From Anaerohalosphaeraceae bacterium (GTDB lineage: Bacteria > Planctomycetota > Phycisphaerae > Sedimentisphaerales > Anaerohalosphaeraceae), in NCBI GenBank assembly GCA_963675525.2, contig CAXXSL010000019.1, positions 96,001-160,000 of the forward strand: a stretch of 64,000 nt of DNA. The letters run 5' to 3'. Below are positions 56,122-64,000 of the stretch, piece after piece (position 1 is the first letter of the stretch; every line of letters starts with the position of its first letter). The notes beneath the pieces are model-generated. The model was not told the origin of the DNA. It was given only the letters and a program-made list of their open reading frames with translations, and did no database searches. The translations under genes and the position numbers were made by a program.

Positions 56122-58296
56122 ATGTATAAATCAAATAAGAAATTACATGGCCTGTTTTTTGTTGCATTCATGATGTTTTCAATTCTCGGTATAGTGGCAT
56201 CTGCGGCTTCTGAAAACGATTACTCGGCCTATTTATTTGCGTATTTCATCGGTAACGGACCGGGGCAGGAGCAAATTCGGTTTGCTGTCAGCGAAGATGG
56301 ATTCAACTACAAGGCGCTGAACGATAACAAGCCGATTGTAGACTCCAAGGACATCAGTACTTCCGGCGGTGTGCGTGACCCGCACATCCTGCGTACCGCC
56401 GACGGCAAGAATTTCTATATGGTTGTGACGGACCTGTATGTGCCGAAGATGGGCTGGAACAACTATGCGATGGTGTTGATGAAATCGACGGACCTGATCC
56501 ATTGGAAATCCTCGGTCGTGAACATTCCAGAAACCTACCCGGACCGGTTCGGTAAGGTCCACCGCGTATGGGCACCGCAGACGATCTACGACAAAAAGAC
56601 GAACAAATACATGGTTTATTTCTCCATGAAGGAGGGCAATGATCCGGATAAGATCTACTATGCCTACGCCAATGAGGACTTTACCGGGTTTGAAGCCGCA
56701 CCAATGCAACTCTATTACCCGCCGGCCGATAGCAATACGCGGGCCTGTATTGACGGCGATATCATCTGCAAGGATGGCAAGTACCATCTGTTCTATAAGG
56801 CCGAGGACGGCGAACCGGGCATCAAGCTGGCGATTTCCGACGCGTTGACCGAAGGTTATAAGCTTTACAGCAGCAAGCGAATGGACCGTTCACGCGATCC
56901 AGTGGAGGGGTCCGGCATCTTCAAGCTGAACAACAGCGACGACTGGGTCCTGATGTATGACGTTTACACCAAGGGACGTTATCAGTTTACTCGCAGTTCA
57001 GATCTGTTGAATTTTGAGGTCATCGACAACGAAATTACAATGAACTTTCATCCGCGCCACGGTACCGTGATGCCGATTACAACCGAAGAACTACTGCGTC
57101 TGATGAGCCAGTGGGGTTCGCCGGAGCATCTTTCGCTGGAAGCGACGTCCGAGATGGTAAAGACTTGCAATGTTGCAATAGACTCCGACAAGGGTACCGT
57201 CCGTCTGCCGGTCAAACGCGGTACGGATATGAGCAAACTGGATCCGGGATTCAAGGCCTTTGCCGGCGTGAGTATTGCGCCGACAGGGCAGCAGGACTTC
57301 TCAAAAGGGCCTGTCGAATATTCCATCGGCATTAAGGGTCAGGAGCCGATTGTTTTTCAGGTGAAGGCAACCGAAGACCATAATCCGGTGCTCGACGGCT
57401 ACTATGCCGATCCGGATATCCTTTATGCCGAGAAAACCGGCAAGTTCTACATCTATCCCACCAGCGACGGTTTCACGGGCTGGTCCGGCACCTATTTCAA
57501 AACCTTCTCTTCAGACAACCTGGTGGATTGGAAAGACGAAGGCGTTATCCTCGATCTGAAGACCGATGTTAACTGGACTGACCGCAATGCGTGGGCACCC
57601 TGCATCATCGAAAAGAAGATCGAGGGCCAATACAAGTATTTCTACTACTTTACCGCTGCGCAGCAGGTCGGGGTTGCCGTTGCCGACGACCCGACCGGAC
57701 CGTTTACCGACAGCGGCAAGCCGCTCATCAGTCATCGTCCCGAGGGTGTAAAAGGCGGTCAGCAGATCGATCCCGATGTTTTCAGCGATCCCATTTCCGG
57801 CCAGGATTACTTGTATTGGGGGAATGGCTATATGGCGGTTGCCGAACTGAATGAGGATATGGTTTCCATTAAAGAGGACACGGTCAAGGTCATGACCCCG
57901 GACCGCACCTACCGCGAAGGCTCGCACGTTTTGTACCGCAAGGGCAAATACTATTTCCTTTGGTCCGAGGATGATACCCGCAGCGAAAACTACTGCGTTC
58001 GTTATGCCACGGCCTCAACCCCGACCGGCCCGCTGGATATTCCAAAAGACAACCTCGTGATTGCAAAGGACCCCGAAGCGGGTATCTATGCCACCGGGCA
58101 CAACTCTACAATCCAGATTCCCGGCACTGATGAGTGGTATATTGTTTATCACCGCTTCACCTATCCCAAGGGAATCGGCATGGGGCGTTCAGCAGGATAC
58201 CATCGTGAAACGTGCATTGACAAACTGAGGTTTGACGAGTCCGGGAAAATTATCCAAGCGCAGCCGACGCTTGAAGGCATTGTTCCGATCAAGTAA
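56122..58296 (+). CDS. Bimodular GH43 arabinofuranosidase/xylosidase-family protein, secreted
   Basis: Module 1: GGVRDPHI, VWAPQ, IDGDI, VEGSG. Module 2: NPVLDGYYADPDI, AWAP, QIDPDVF, YREG, TGHNS. ATG 56122 with GGAG RBS and signal peptide (track start 55909). Confidence 0.92.
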   Translation: MYKSNKKLHGLFFVAFMMFSILGIVASAASENDYSAYLFAYFIGNGPGQEQIRFAVSEDGFNYKALNDNKPIVDSKDISTSGGVRDPHILRTADGKNFYMVVTDLYVPKMGWNNYAMVLMKSTDLIHWKSSVVNIPETYPDRFGKVHRVWAPQTIYDKKTNKYMVYFSMKEGNDPDKIYYAYANEDFTGFEAAPMQLYYPPADSNTRACIDGDIICKDGKYHLFYKAEDGEPGIKLAISDALTEGYKLYSSKRMDRSRDPVEGSGIFKLNNSDDWVLMYDVYTKGRYQFTRSSDLLNFEVIDNEITMNFHPRHGTVMPITTEELLRLMSQWGSPEHLSLEATSEMVKTCNVAIDSDKGTVRLPVKRGTDMSKLDPGFKAFAGVSIAPTGQQDFSKGPVEYSIGIKGQEPIVFQVKATEDHNPVLDGYYADPDILYAEKTGKFYIYPTSDGFTGWSGTYFKTFSSDNLVDWKDEGVILDLKTDVNWTDRNAWAPCIIEKKIEGQYKYFYYFTAAQQVGVAVADDPTGPFTDSGKPLISHRPEGVKGGQQIDPDVFSDPISGQDYLYWGNGYMAVAELNEDMVSIKEDTVKVMTPDRTYREGSHVLYRKGKYYFLWSEDDTRSENYCVRYATASTPTGPLDIPKDNLVIAKDPEAGIYATGHNSTIQIPGTDEWYIVYHRFTYPKGIGMGRSAGYHRETCIDKLRFDESGKIIQAQPTLEGIVPIK

Positions 58297-58603
58297 TGTC
58301 CGTGGCTCTCATACCCCCGAGACGAACGACTTTCAAATTTTAAATCACTCCTTTTGTATGATGCAACACCTCGAATAGAGACTATCTTAACAAAGTATTG
58401 TTTGAGGATGAAACGACTCGGAAAATAAACATCAGGCGGGGTGTGTTAAAATCTTCTGCAAAATGCAAAATTTTCACAAAACAGAAAAAGAGACACTTAA
58501 AATTTGAATTTCACATAAATAAGATCAAAATTAAATAATTTGGTTAAAATTTCCGAATCGTGGCGAATTACAATATAGAAGCATACTTTAATCTGGAACA
58601 ATT

Positions 58604-59146
58604 ATGGGAAAAGACAGGGTAAATCTTAGTACAAAACGGTTTATGAGCCTTTTGGTGCCGAATCAAAAGAAAATTTATATGTTTATCCGCTATCTTGTGC
58701 CGGGCCGGACCGATGCGGATGATATTCTTCAGGAAACACTCACTGAAATGTGGAATAAATTTGATGATTACCAGGATGGGACGAATTTTGTTGCATGGGG
58801 GCGGGCAATTGCCAGATATAAAGTGCTGAGTTTTATACAAAAAAAGAAGTCGTTCGGAGTCCACTTTAGTGAAAAAACAATTCATTTTCTTCAGGATGAA
58901 GCATGCTCGGTCCAACCTCACAATACGACCATAGAGCGGATGGAAACCTTGAAAGAATGTATTTCAAAGTTGCCTCAAAAACAGAAAAAGTTGCTTTGTT
59001 TACGCTACGAGCAAGACATGACATTTGACGGTATTGCAGGTCAATTCGGTCTTTCCATTCCGGCTGTTTATAAAGCCATAAGTCGGATTCATGCCAGTTT
59101 GGCAAAATGTATTCGATTAGCCCTTCATTTAAAGGGGGCGATATGA
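58604..59146 (+). CDS. ECF sigma-70 factor (Rhodopirellula/Verrucomicrobium-type)
   Basis: Region 2 DADDILQET..MWNKF.....GTNFVAW..IARYKV; region 4 CISKLP..Q..LL.LRY....IA......AVYKAISR; 180 aa. Confidence 0.93.
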   Translation: MGKDRVNLSTKRFMSLLVPNQKKIYMFIRYLVPGRTDADDILQETLTEMWNKFDDYQDGTNFVAWGRAIARYKVLSFIQKKKSFGVHFSEKTIHFLQDEACSVQPHNTTIERMETLKECISKLPQKQKKLLCLRYEQDMTFDGIAGQFGLSIPAVYKAISRIHASLAKCIRLALHLKGAI

Positions 59147-60813
59147 ACCACAATGAATCACTGTTCGCTGAAGTTTCTTACCTGATACTACTGTCTGTTG
59201 AGGGGAAAATTAACAAAGAGCAGCTTGAGCAACTGGACACTTTATTGCAAACCAGTTCGGGGGCAAGAGCGATTTACTTTGAGGTGATGAATGTTCATCT
59301 GGGCTTGGAGAGTTTGGATGCTGTTTTAGAGCATGATGAAAACGATATTCTCTCTTCTTTCGATACGGCGGCCCTGGAAGCGCTGGCTGAATACGAAAAA
59401 GTCGCACCCACACTGGAATCTCCGGTTTCTGAAGAAGTGGAGGATTTGCCGCTTCGAAAAGTTAAGCGTCAGGAAATCGTTTATAAAATCAATAAAAGTT
59501 CAATAATCTCTATCCTAGCAACTGCGGCAGCAATTCTGTGTATCATAGCATTTGCCCGTTTAGTTCCCGTTTACAAAAGTGATGAAGTAGCCACGTTGGT
59601 TGACAGCGTGGCTGCGAAATGGGCAGCAGCGGAGATGCCGATAAACAAAGGAGTTCGTTTTTTTGCAGACGGGAGACCGCTGATATTAAGAGAAGGGCTG
59701 GTCAAACTGGAATTTGATACCCATGCTCAGGTGGTCATTGAATCGCCCGCAGAATTCCGAATTCTGACAGATGATCAGATCGAGTTGCGATATGGACGAT
59801 TGTATGCGACGGTTCCCCAGGAAGCGATCGGTTTCTCCGTGAATACACAGACGGCCAAAATTATTGATTTGGGAACGGAATTCGGCGTCCAGGCCGATAT
59901 TTACGGGGATACGTTTCTGCATGTGGTCCGCGGTCGGACTACGCTGATTGCCGGAACCGGTTCGAACAAGATAAGCATGGAGGTTATAAAAGGCTCGGCC
60001 AGGAAAGTATCCGGGGCGACGTCCACGGTTTCTAATATTCCCTTGAATCATCATCTATTTGCAAGGACGATCAACTCGGCCAATCGCTTTGTGTGGCGAG
60101 GAGAGGTGGTTCGGTTTAATCTTGCCGACGTGGTCGGCGGGGGCAACGGATTGGGTACGGGCCAGATCGGCAAAGGCATTTCACTGACGGACGGTTCCTG
60201 CGTTTCAGATTTCAACTGGGCTGACCGGCAGGGCAATAGGGACTACTGGCCTGTTGATGCATCGCCCTTTGTCGACGGTGTGATTGTGCCGGATTCGGAC
60301 GACGGAATATTGCAGGTGTCTTCTAAAGGACATATGTTCCGTGAATGCCCGGATACAAACGGTTTGTATTTTGATGAGATCCGTAACGGTGGCTTGATAC
60401 GCATGACGGATTCCAAAAGCAGTTTTCCCATGCTTTTTAATCAGGTTGAGTACGGGACGGTTCAGCGGCCGCTGCTGTTTATGCATTCGAATGCATGTAT
60501 TACGTTTGATCTGGATGCGATTCGCAGCGTTATGCCGGGTTTTGATGTGACGGCTTTTCGCTCTCGCTGTGTACTGATTGAGAAAAGCGACAGAGTCAGA
60601 ACTGAGAAATCGGATGTTTTTGTCCTGGTCAATGGAGAAACGAAATTTAAGCAGGTTGGGTTTGATCAAAACGGCGTGGCACTGGATATTGATATTCCAC
60701 TGACAGCAAGCGATCACTTTTTAACACTGGTCGCAACCGACGGCGGTGACAGTATTGCGATCGACTGGATCGGATTTACCGAGCCATATGTGCTATTACA
60801 AGAAGACAGATAA
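59143..60813 (+). CDS. FecR-domain membrane anti-sigma factor with C-terminal NPCBM/NEW2-like domain
   Basis: ATGA overlap with the sigma gene; one TM helix (SIISILATAAAILCIIAF); LREGLVKLEF...VVIESPAEF and IIDLGTEFGV (FecR); C-terminal MHSNACITFDL...FLTLVATDGGD...DW..F..P. Confidence 0.88.
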   Translation: MNHNESLFAEVSYLILLSVEGKINKEQLEQLDTLLQTSSGARAIYFEVMNVHLGLESLDAVLEHDENDILSSFDTAALEALAEYEKVAPTLESPVSEEVEDLPLRKVKRQEIVYKINKSSIISILATAAAILCIIAFARLVPVYKSDEVATLVDSVAAKWAAAEMPINKGVRFFADGRPLILREGLVKLEFDTHAQVVIESPAEFRILTDDQIELRYGRLYATVPQEAIGFSVNTQTAKIIDLGTEFGVQADIYGDTFLHVVRGRTTLIAGTGSNKISMEVIKGSARKVSGATSTVSNIPLNHHLFARTINSANRFVWRGEVVRFNLADVVGGGNGLGTGQIGKGISLTDGSCVSDFNWADRQGNRDYWPVDASPFVDGVIVPDSDDGILQVSSKGHMFRECPDTNGLYFDEIRNGGLIRMTDSKSSFPMLFNQVEYGTVQRPLLFMHSNACITFDLDAIRSVMPGFDVTAFRSRCVLIEKSDRVRTEKSDVFVLVNGETKFKQVGFDQNGVALDIDIPLTASDHFLTLVATDGGDSIAIDWIGFTEPYVLLQEDR

Positions 60814-60925
60814 GACTGCGGCGGTGTCGCAGATGAGTTTTTGATGTGTGAAGTGTGTGTGGAAAGGTTCATATTATGCGTGATAATATGAAAGAGTGTT
60901 AATTTAGTTTTCGGAGGATTGGAAG

Positions 60926-61513
60926 ATGAAGAAGTATTTAGTTGTGCTATTTTTGGTTGGCGCGATGGCCCTATCGGCACAGGCGAATCTGATCAGCAAT
61001 GGCGGTTTTGAAACCGGCGACTCTACTGACTGGTGGACATGGGCAGTGGAACCCGAAAATCAAACCCTGACGGTCGTTGACACCTTGGCGTCCGAGGGTG
61101 CCTACAGTATGGAATCGTACTCGAACACAGCAACGTGGTCAGCACAATTTGGTCAGTACTTTGCCGCCAGTGAAGGCGACTTGACCCTGAGTTTTGACTA
61201 CTATGCTGATGTGCCGGGAGACTGGGGTTCAATGGGTGTTAATGTCGATTATTGGGATGAATCAGGCAAGCATTGGGCAGGCTGGTTTTCGCCTTTCGAT
61301 GGCGGACCGGCACCCATTCAGGGCGAGTGGGTTCCTGTTACTCTTAATTACACACTGCCGACCGGAACGTATGCCGTTGATTTGAAAGTTGAAGTGGCGA
61401 ACTGGGCAACTGTAAACTTTGACAACTTCATCGCAACCCAAGTTCCCGAACCGGCAACGCTGACCCTGCTTGGGTTGGGTGCGACCGTATTGATGAATCG
61501 CCGCAGAAAATAG
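60926..61513 (+). CDS. PEP-CTERM sorted surface protein with a galactose-binding/CBM-like beta-sandwich
   Basis: Signal peptide, NLISNGGFETG...FDNF, C-terminal VPEPATLTLLGLGATVLMNRRRK; GGAGG RBS. Confidence 0.93.
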   Translation: MKKYLVVLFLVGAMALSAQANLISNGGFETGDSTDWWTWAVEPENQTLTVVDTLASEGAYSMESYSNTATWSAQFGQYFAASEGDLTLSFDYYADVPGDWGSMGVNVDYWDESGKHWAGWFSPFDGGPAPIQGEWVPVTLNYTLPTGTYAVDLKVEVANWATVNFDNFIATQVPEPATLTLLGLGATVLMNRRRK

Positions 61514-61583
61514 TTCTCTGAGTCGAGTCATCAGTTTTTTGTAATATGAAAATAGGTTTTCTTAGAAGGAAAAGCTTTAAGAA

Positions 61584-61620
61584 GGGTGTTTTGCGCTCTT
61601 CGATAGAGTGCAAAACACCC
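61584..61620 (+). other. Strong intergenic stem-loop (terminator-like or mRNA-stabilising)
   Basis: GGGTGTTTTGCGCTCT-TCGAT-AGAGTGCAAAACACCC, 16-bp stem with one G.U pair; no U-tract follows. Confidence 0.6.
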
Positions 61621-61732
61621 GTGGCATGAACTGAAAAGTGCAGCGTAACGTTTCATTATGTAGTGGGTTTTTATATGTATGTAAGATGCTGTTAGGAGGC
61701 ATCAAGAGCCTGTAACTTACTTGTAGGAGATT

Positions 61733-63694
61733 ATGATTATGAAGAAAATTAAATGTTTACTTATCCTATTTCTATTTGTGACGGCAACTGGAATGGTGCA
61801 GGCGGTGACCGTCAACAATTTCAGCTTTGAGGATGATGGAGTGGAGATAGATCCGGGGATCCCGACCGGTTGGTACAGTGACAGTACAGGTGATGCTGAT
61901 ATTGGTGTAGCTGCGGGTGGTGCCTCTTTAACAGATGGCAGTTATCGCTTGTGGATGGGTAACAACGTCACCTTGTATCAAAACACCAGTACAGAGATCG
62001 GCTCAGCGGGTGCTTCTTACACCTTGCAGGTTGATGTGTATAATAGCTGGAATGCGAATCCGCAGATCATCCTCTACTACGATGATGCAGGTACACGTGT
62101 GCCGCTTGGAGAAGCCCATTATCTCGCATCGGATTTTCCCGACTCGGGTACATGGGTCGAATCGCACACACTGGAACTGACGGTTGTAACGACAGCGGCT
62201 TCAGTCGGCAAAAACCTTGGTATTGAATTGTCAATTGAAAACTATCCTGGTGATGTTTGGGCGCACTATGACAATGTTCGGCTGGCAAGCAATACGGTGA
62301 TCCTTGTCAGTCCGGCTAATAATACCGATTTGGTGCCCAAGACTACCGATTTGGTATGGACCGTTGCCCCGACCGTGGAGAAGGTTGATCTGTATCTGGG
62401 ATTAGAGGATGATCCCAATCTGACGCTGAATCCGCTGCTTTTTGTTCCGGATATCCCGGCTGCGACCACGTCCTACAGTCCGACACTGGATTACAGCACA
62501 CCCTATTACTGGAAAGTTGTGGCTTATGAACCCAATACCCTTGGCACTGGGTATATTACTTCGGACAGTGGTACGGCCAGTTTCACAACCGCCGGTCCGG
62601 CACCTGTGATCACGGCAATAACCCCGTATGCACAATCAGTTCCTGCCGGAACCACCAGCACGACCATTACGGTATCAGGTGTCAATCTGGAATTTTTCGC
62701 GTGGTCTAAAGATGGTGCTCCTTTGTCTGACGGGTCGGAGTATACGGGAACCGGCACAGCTACCCTGACGATTCTGGACGTTCAGCTGGCCGATGAAGGC
62801 GTTTATAGTTGTGAAGTGTCCAATAGTCTGTCCGTAGTTACCGATACGGCGAATGCTGTTGTCGTCACCGAACGTCTGATGAGTTGGTGGAAGCTGGATG
62901 GCAATTTGAATGATTCCGTTCAGGATGTGGTTGCCGAGGCGCCTCAATACAATGGCGTTCTGGATCCGAACACCGTCTTCACGGCGGATGCCAGCGGTAT
63001 TGACAGCGGCGATTCAGTGGTTCTTGATATTGGCGACCCGAATGTCCCGGTCATTCCGATTGCCGGTACCGAAGAAATCTTCAATTTTTATGAAGACTCT
63101 CTGACGGTGAGCGCCTGGGTTCGAACGACCTATGTGAGCGATACGGCTTGGCCGGCAGTAGTTTCGAAAACTCCGGCTCAATTAGTGGGGTATACTATAG
63201 CACTGGACGGCCAGAGTGAAGTTCTCGCTCAAGTCGACGGCGATTCCACCCGCCTTTACACCAACTGGCTGGTTGCCGATGGGGATTGGCACATGGTTAC
63301 GCTGACGTACGACGGGTCGGAGCAACGGATCTATGTGGATGGCGAGCTTGATACGTCAACCACCGGGGTAACTTCTGTTTCCGGAATTTCTGCAGTGGGT
63401 AATACCGCTCCGGTTATCATCGGTGCGTGGAATCTTACCTCGCAGGAGTTTGGTGCGGAGTTCGAGGGTAACATCGATAACGTCAAGATTTACAGCTATG
63501 CCTTAACGGCGACCGAGGTCGGCGAAGACTACGTTGCGACGAATCCAAATGTCGATTATGTCTGTAATTGGGAATTGCCGGATCTGGTCTACGATTCTGA
63601 CGGAAACTGCCGGGTCGATTTAGTTGATTTAGCTGATTTTGCAACAAAATGGCTGAATTGTAACCGTATCCCCGATACGGCTTGCTTAGAGTAA
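61733..63694 (+). CDS. Secreted multidomain protein: CBM-like beta-sandwich, FN3-like, Ig, LamG jellyroll and dockerin-like tail
   Basis: Signal peptide; VNNFSFE; LVSPANN...YYWKVVA; WSKDG...LTILDVQLADEGVYSCEVSN (Ig); WWKLDG, TVSAWV, DGDWHMVTLTYDG..RIYVDG, GNIDNVKIYSYAL (LamG); DSDGNCRVDLVDLADFATKWL. Confidence 0.88.
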   Translation: MIMKKIKCLLILFLFVTATGMVQAVTVNNFSFEDDGVEIDPGIPTGWYSDSTGDADIGVAAGGASLTDGSYRLWMGNNVTLYQNTSTEIGSAGASYTLQVDVYNSWNANPQIILYYDDAGTRVPLGEAHYLASDFPDSGTWVESHTLELTVVTTAASVGKNLGIELSIENYPGDVWAHYDNVRLASNTVILVSPANNTDLVPKTTDLVWTVAPTVEKVDLYLGLEDDPNLTLNPLLFVPDIPAATTSYSPTLDYSTPYYWKVVAYEPNTLGTGYITSDSGTASFTTAGPAPVITAITPYAQSVPAGTTSTTITVSGVNLEFFAWSKDGAPLSDGSEYTGTGTATLTILDVQLADEGVYSCEVSNSLSVVTDTANAVVVTERLMSWWKLDGNLNDSVQDVVAEAPQYNGVLDPNTVFTADASGIDSGDSVVLDIGDPNVPVIPIAGTEEIFNFYEDSLTVSAWVRTTYVSDTAWPAVVSKTPAQLVGYTIALDGQSEVLAQVDGDSTRLYTNWLVADGDWHMVTLTYDGSEQRIYVDGELDTSTTGVTSVSGISAVGNTAPVIIGAWNLTSQEFGAEFEGNIDNVKIYSYALTATEVGEDYVATNPNVDYVCNWELPDLVYDSDGNCRVDLVDLADFATKWLNCNRIPDTACLE

Positions 63695-63703
63695 TAAAAA
63701 TAT

Positions 63704-63738
63704 AACAGGGGGCCCATCATTCGATGGGTCCTCCTGTT
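63704..63738 (+). other. Intergenic stem-loop between the LamG gene and the pilin-like gene
   Basis: AACAGG-GGGCCCATC-ATTC-GATGGGTCC-T-CCTGTT imperfect inverted repeat; no U-tract on the + strand. Confidence 0.55.
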
Positions 63739-63763
63739 GAAAAAACGGATTGTTGGAGCCGTC

Positions 63764-64000
63764 ATGAAGCACGTACACAAAAAAGGATTCACGTTGATCG
63801 AATTGCTGGTTGTGATTGCAATCATTGCGTTGTTGTTATCCGTCATTCTTCCGAGCCTTAAAAAGGCCAAACAAAAAGCCTTGGAAGTTCTCTGTCGATC
63901 CAATCTCAGGCAATGGGGCGTGCTGTTTACGATGTACAGCCAGGACCATGATAACAGTCTTCCTGTCGGTTGGAACGGCGGAACGATGTGGATGACCGAC
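63764..64000 (+). CDS. Prepilin-type N-terminal cleavage/methylation domain protein (partial; runs off the window)
   Basis: Not in the ORF track; my translation from ATG 63764 (GGAG RBS): MKHVHKKGFTLIELLVVIAIIALLLSVILPSLKKAKQKALEVLCRSNLRQWG... Confidence 0.92.
   Translation, partial: MKHVHKKGFTLIELLVVIAIIALLLSVILPSLKKAKQKALEVLCRSNLRQWGVLFTMYSQDHDNSLPVGWNGGTMWMTD

Noticed and set aside
61645..61655. GTAACGTTTCA LacI-like operator
   Set aside because: Short and imperfect, similar AACGTT cores occur inside coding regions, and no LacI gene is nearby

Overview
A nearly continuous 64-kb plant-pectin (rhamnogalacturonan II and I) utilisation region, most likely from a planctomycete of class Phycisphaerae (Sedimentisphaerales-like). 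The taxon is inferred from the prepilin/H-X9-DG proteins, the Rhodopirellula/Verrucomicrobium-type ECF sigma factor with a FecR partner, a PEP-CTERM protein and a dockerin-like tail. About 20 CAZymes are present: GH127 with the aceric-acid-hydrolase Glu-to-Gln signature, 3x GH2, GH78, DUF4038/GH140-like, BNR/GH33-like, GH141-like, GH65, a beta-helix/DUF6298-like protein, GH105, 2x GH28, GH106, GH112, tandem CE12, GH35, GH51 and tandem GH43. Also present are two GPH-family MFS transporters, an SSS symporter, a secreted double mutarotase, a URO-D-family methyltransferase-like protein and a candidate D-apiose pathway (FucI-like isomerase, split transketolase, FGGY kinase). No SusC/SusD or TonB-dependent receptor is in the window. 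Instead there are two pilin-like genes and an ECF sigma / FecR-NPCBM anti-sigma / PEP-CTERM / Ig-LamG / pilin cassette, a candidate PVC-type glycan sensing and capture system. Four single-base homopolymer indels break three genes, several gene relics are present, and a decayed 3' half of a tRNA-Met marks a probable old integration site. All family assignments come from motif recognition, not database searches.
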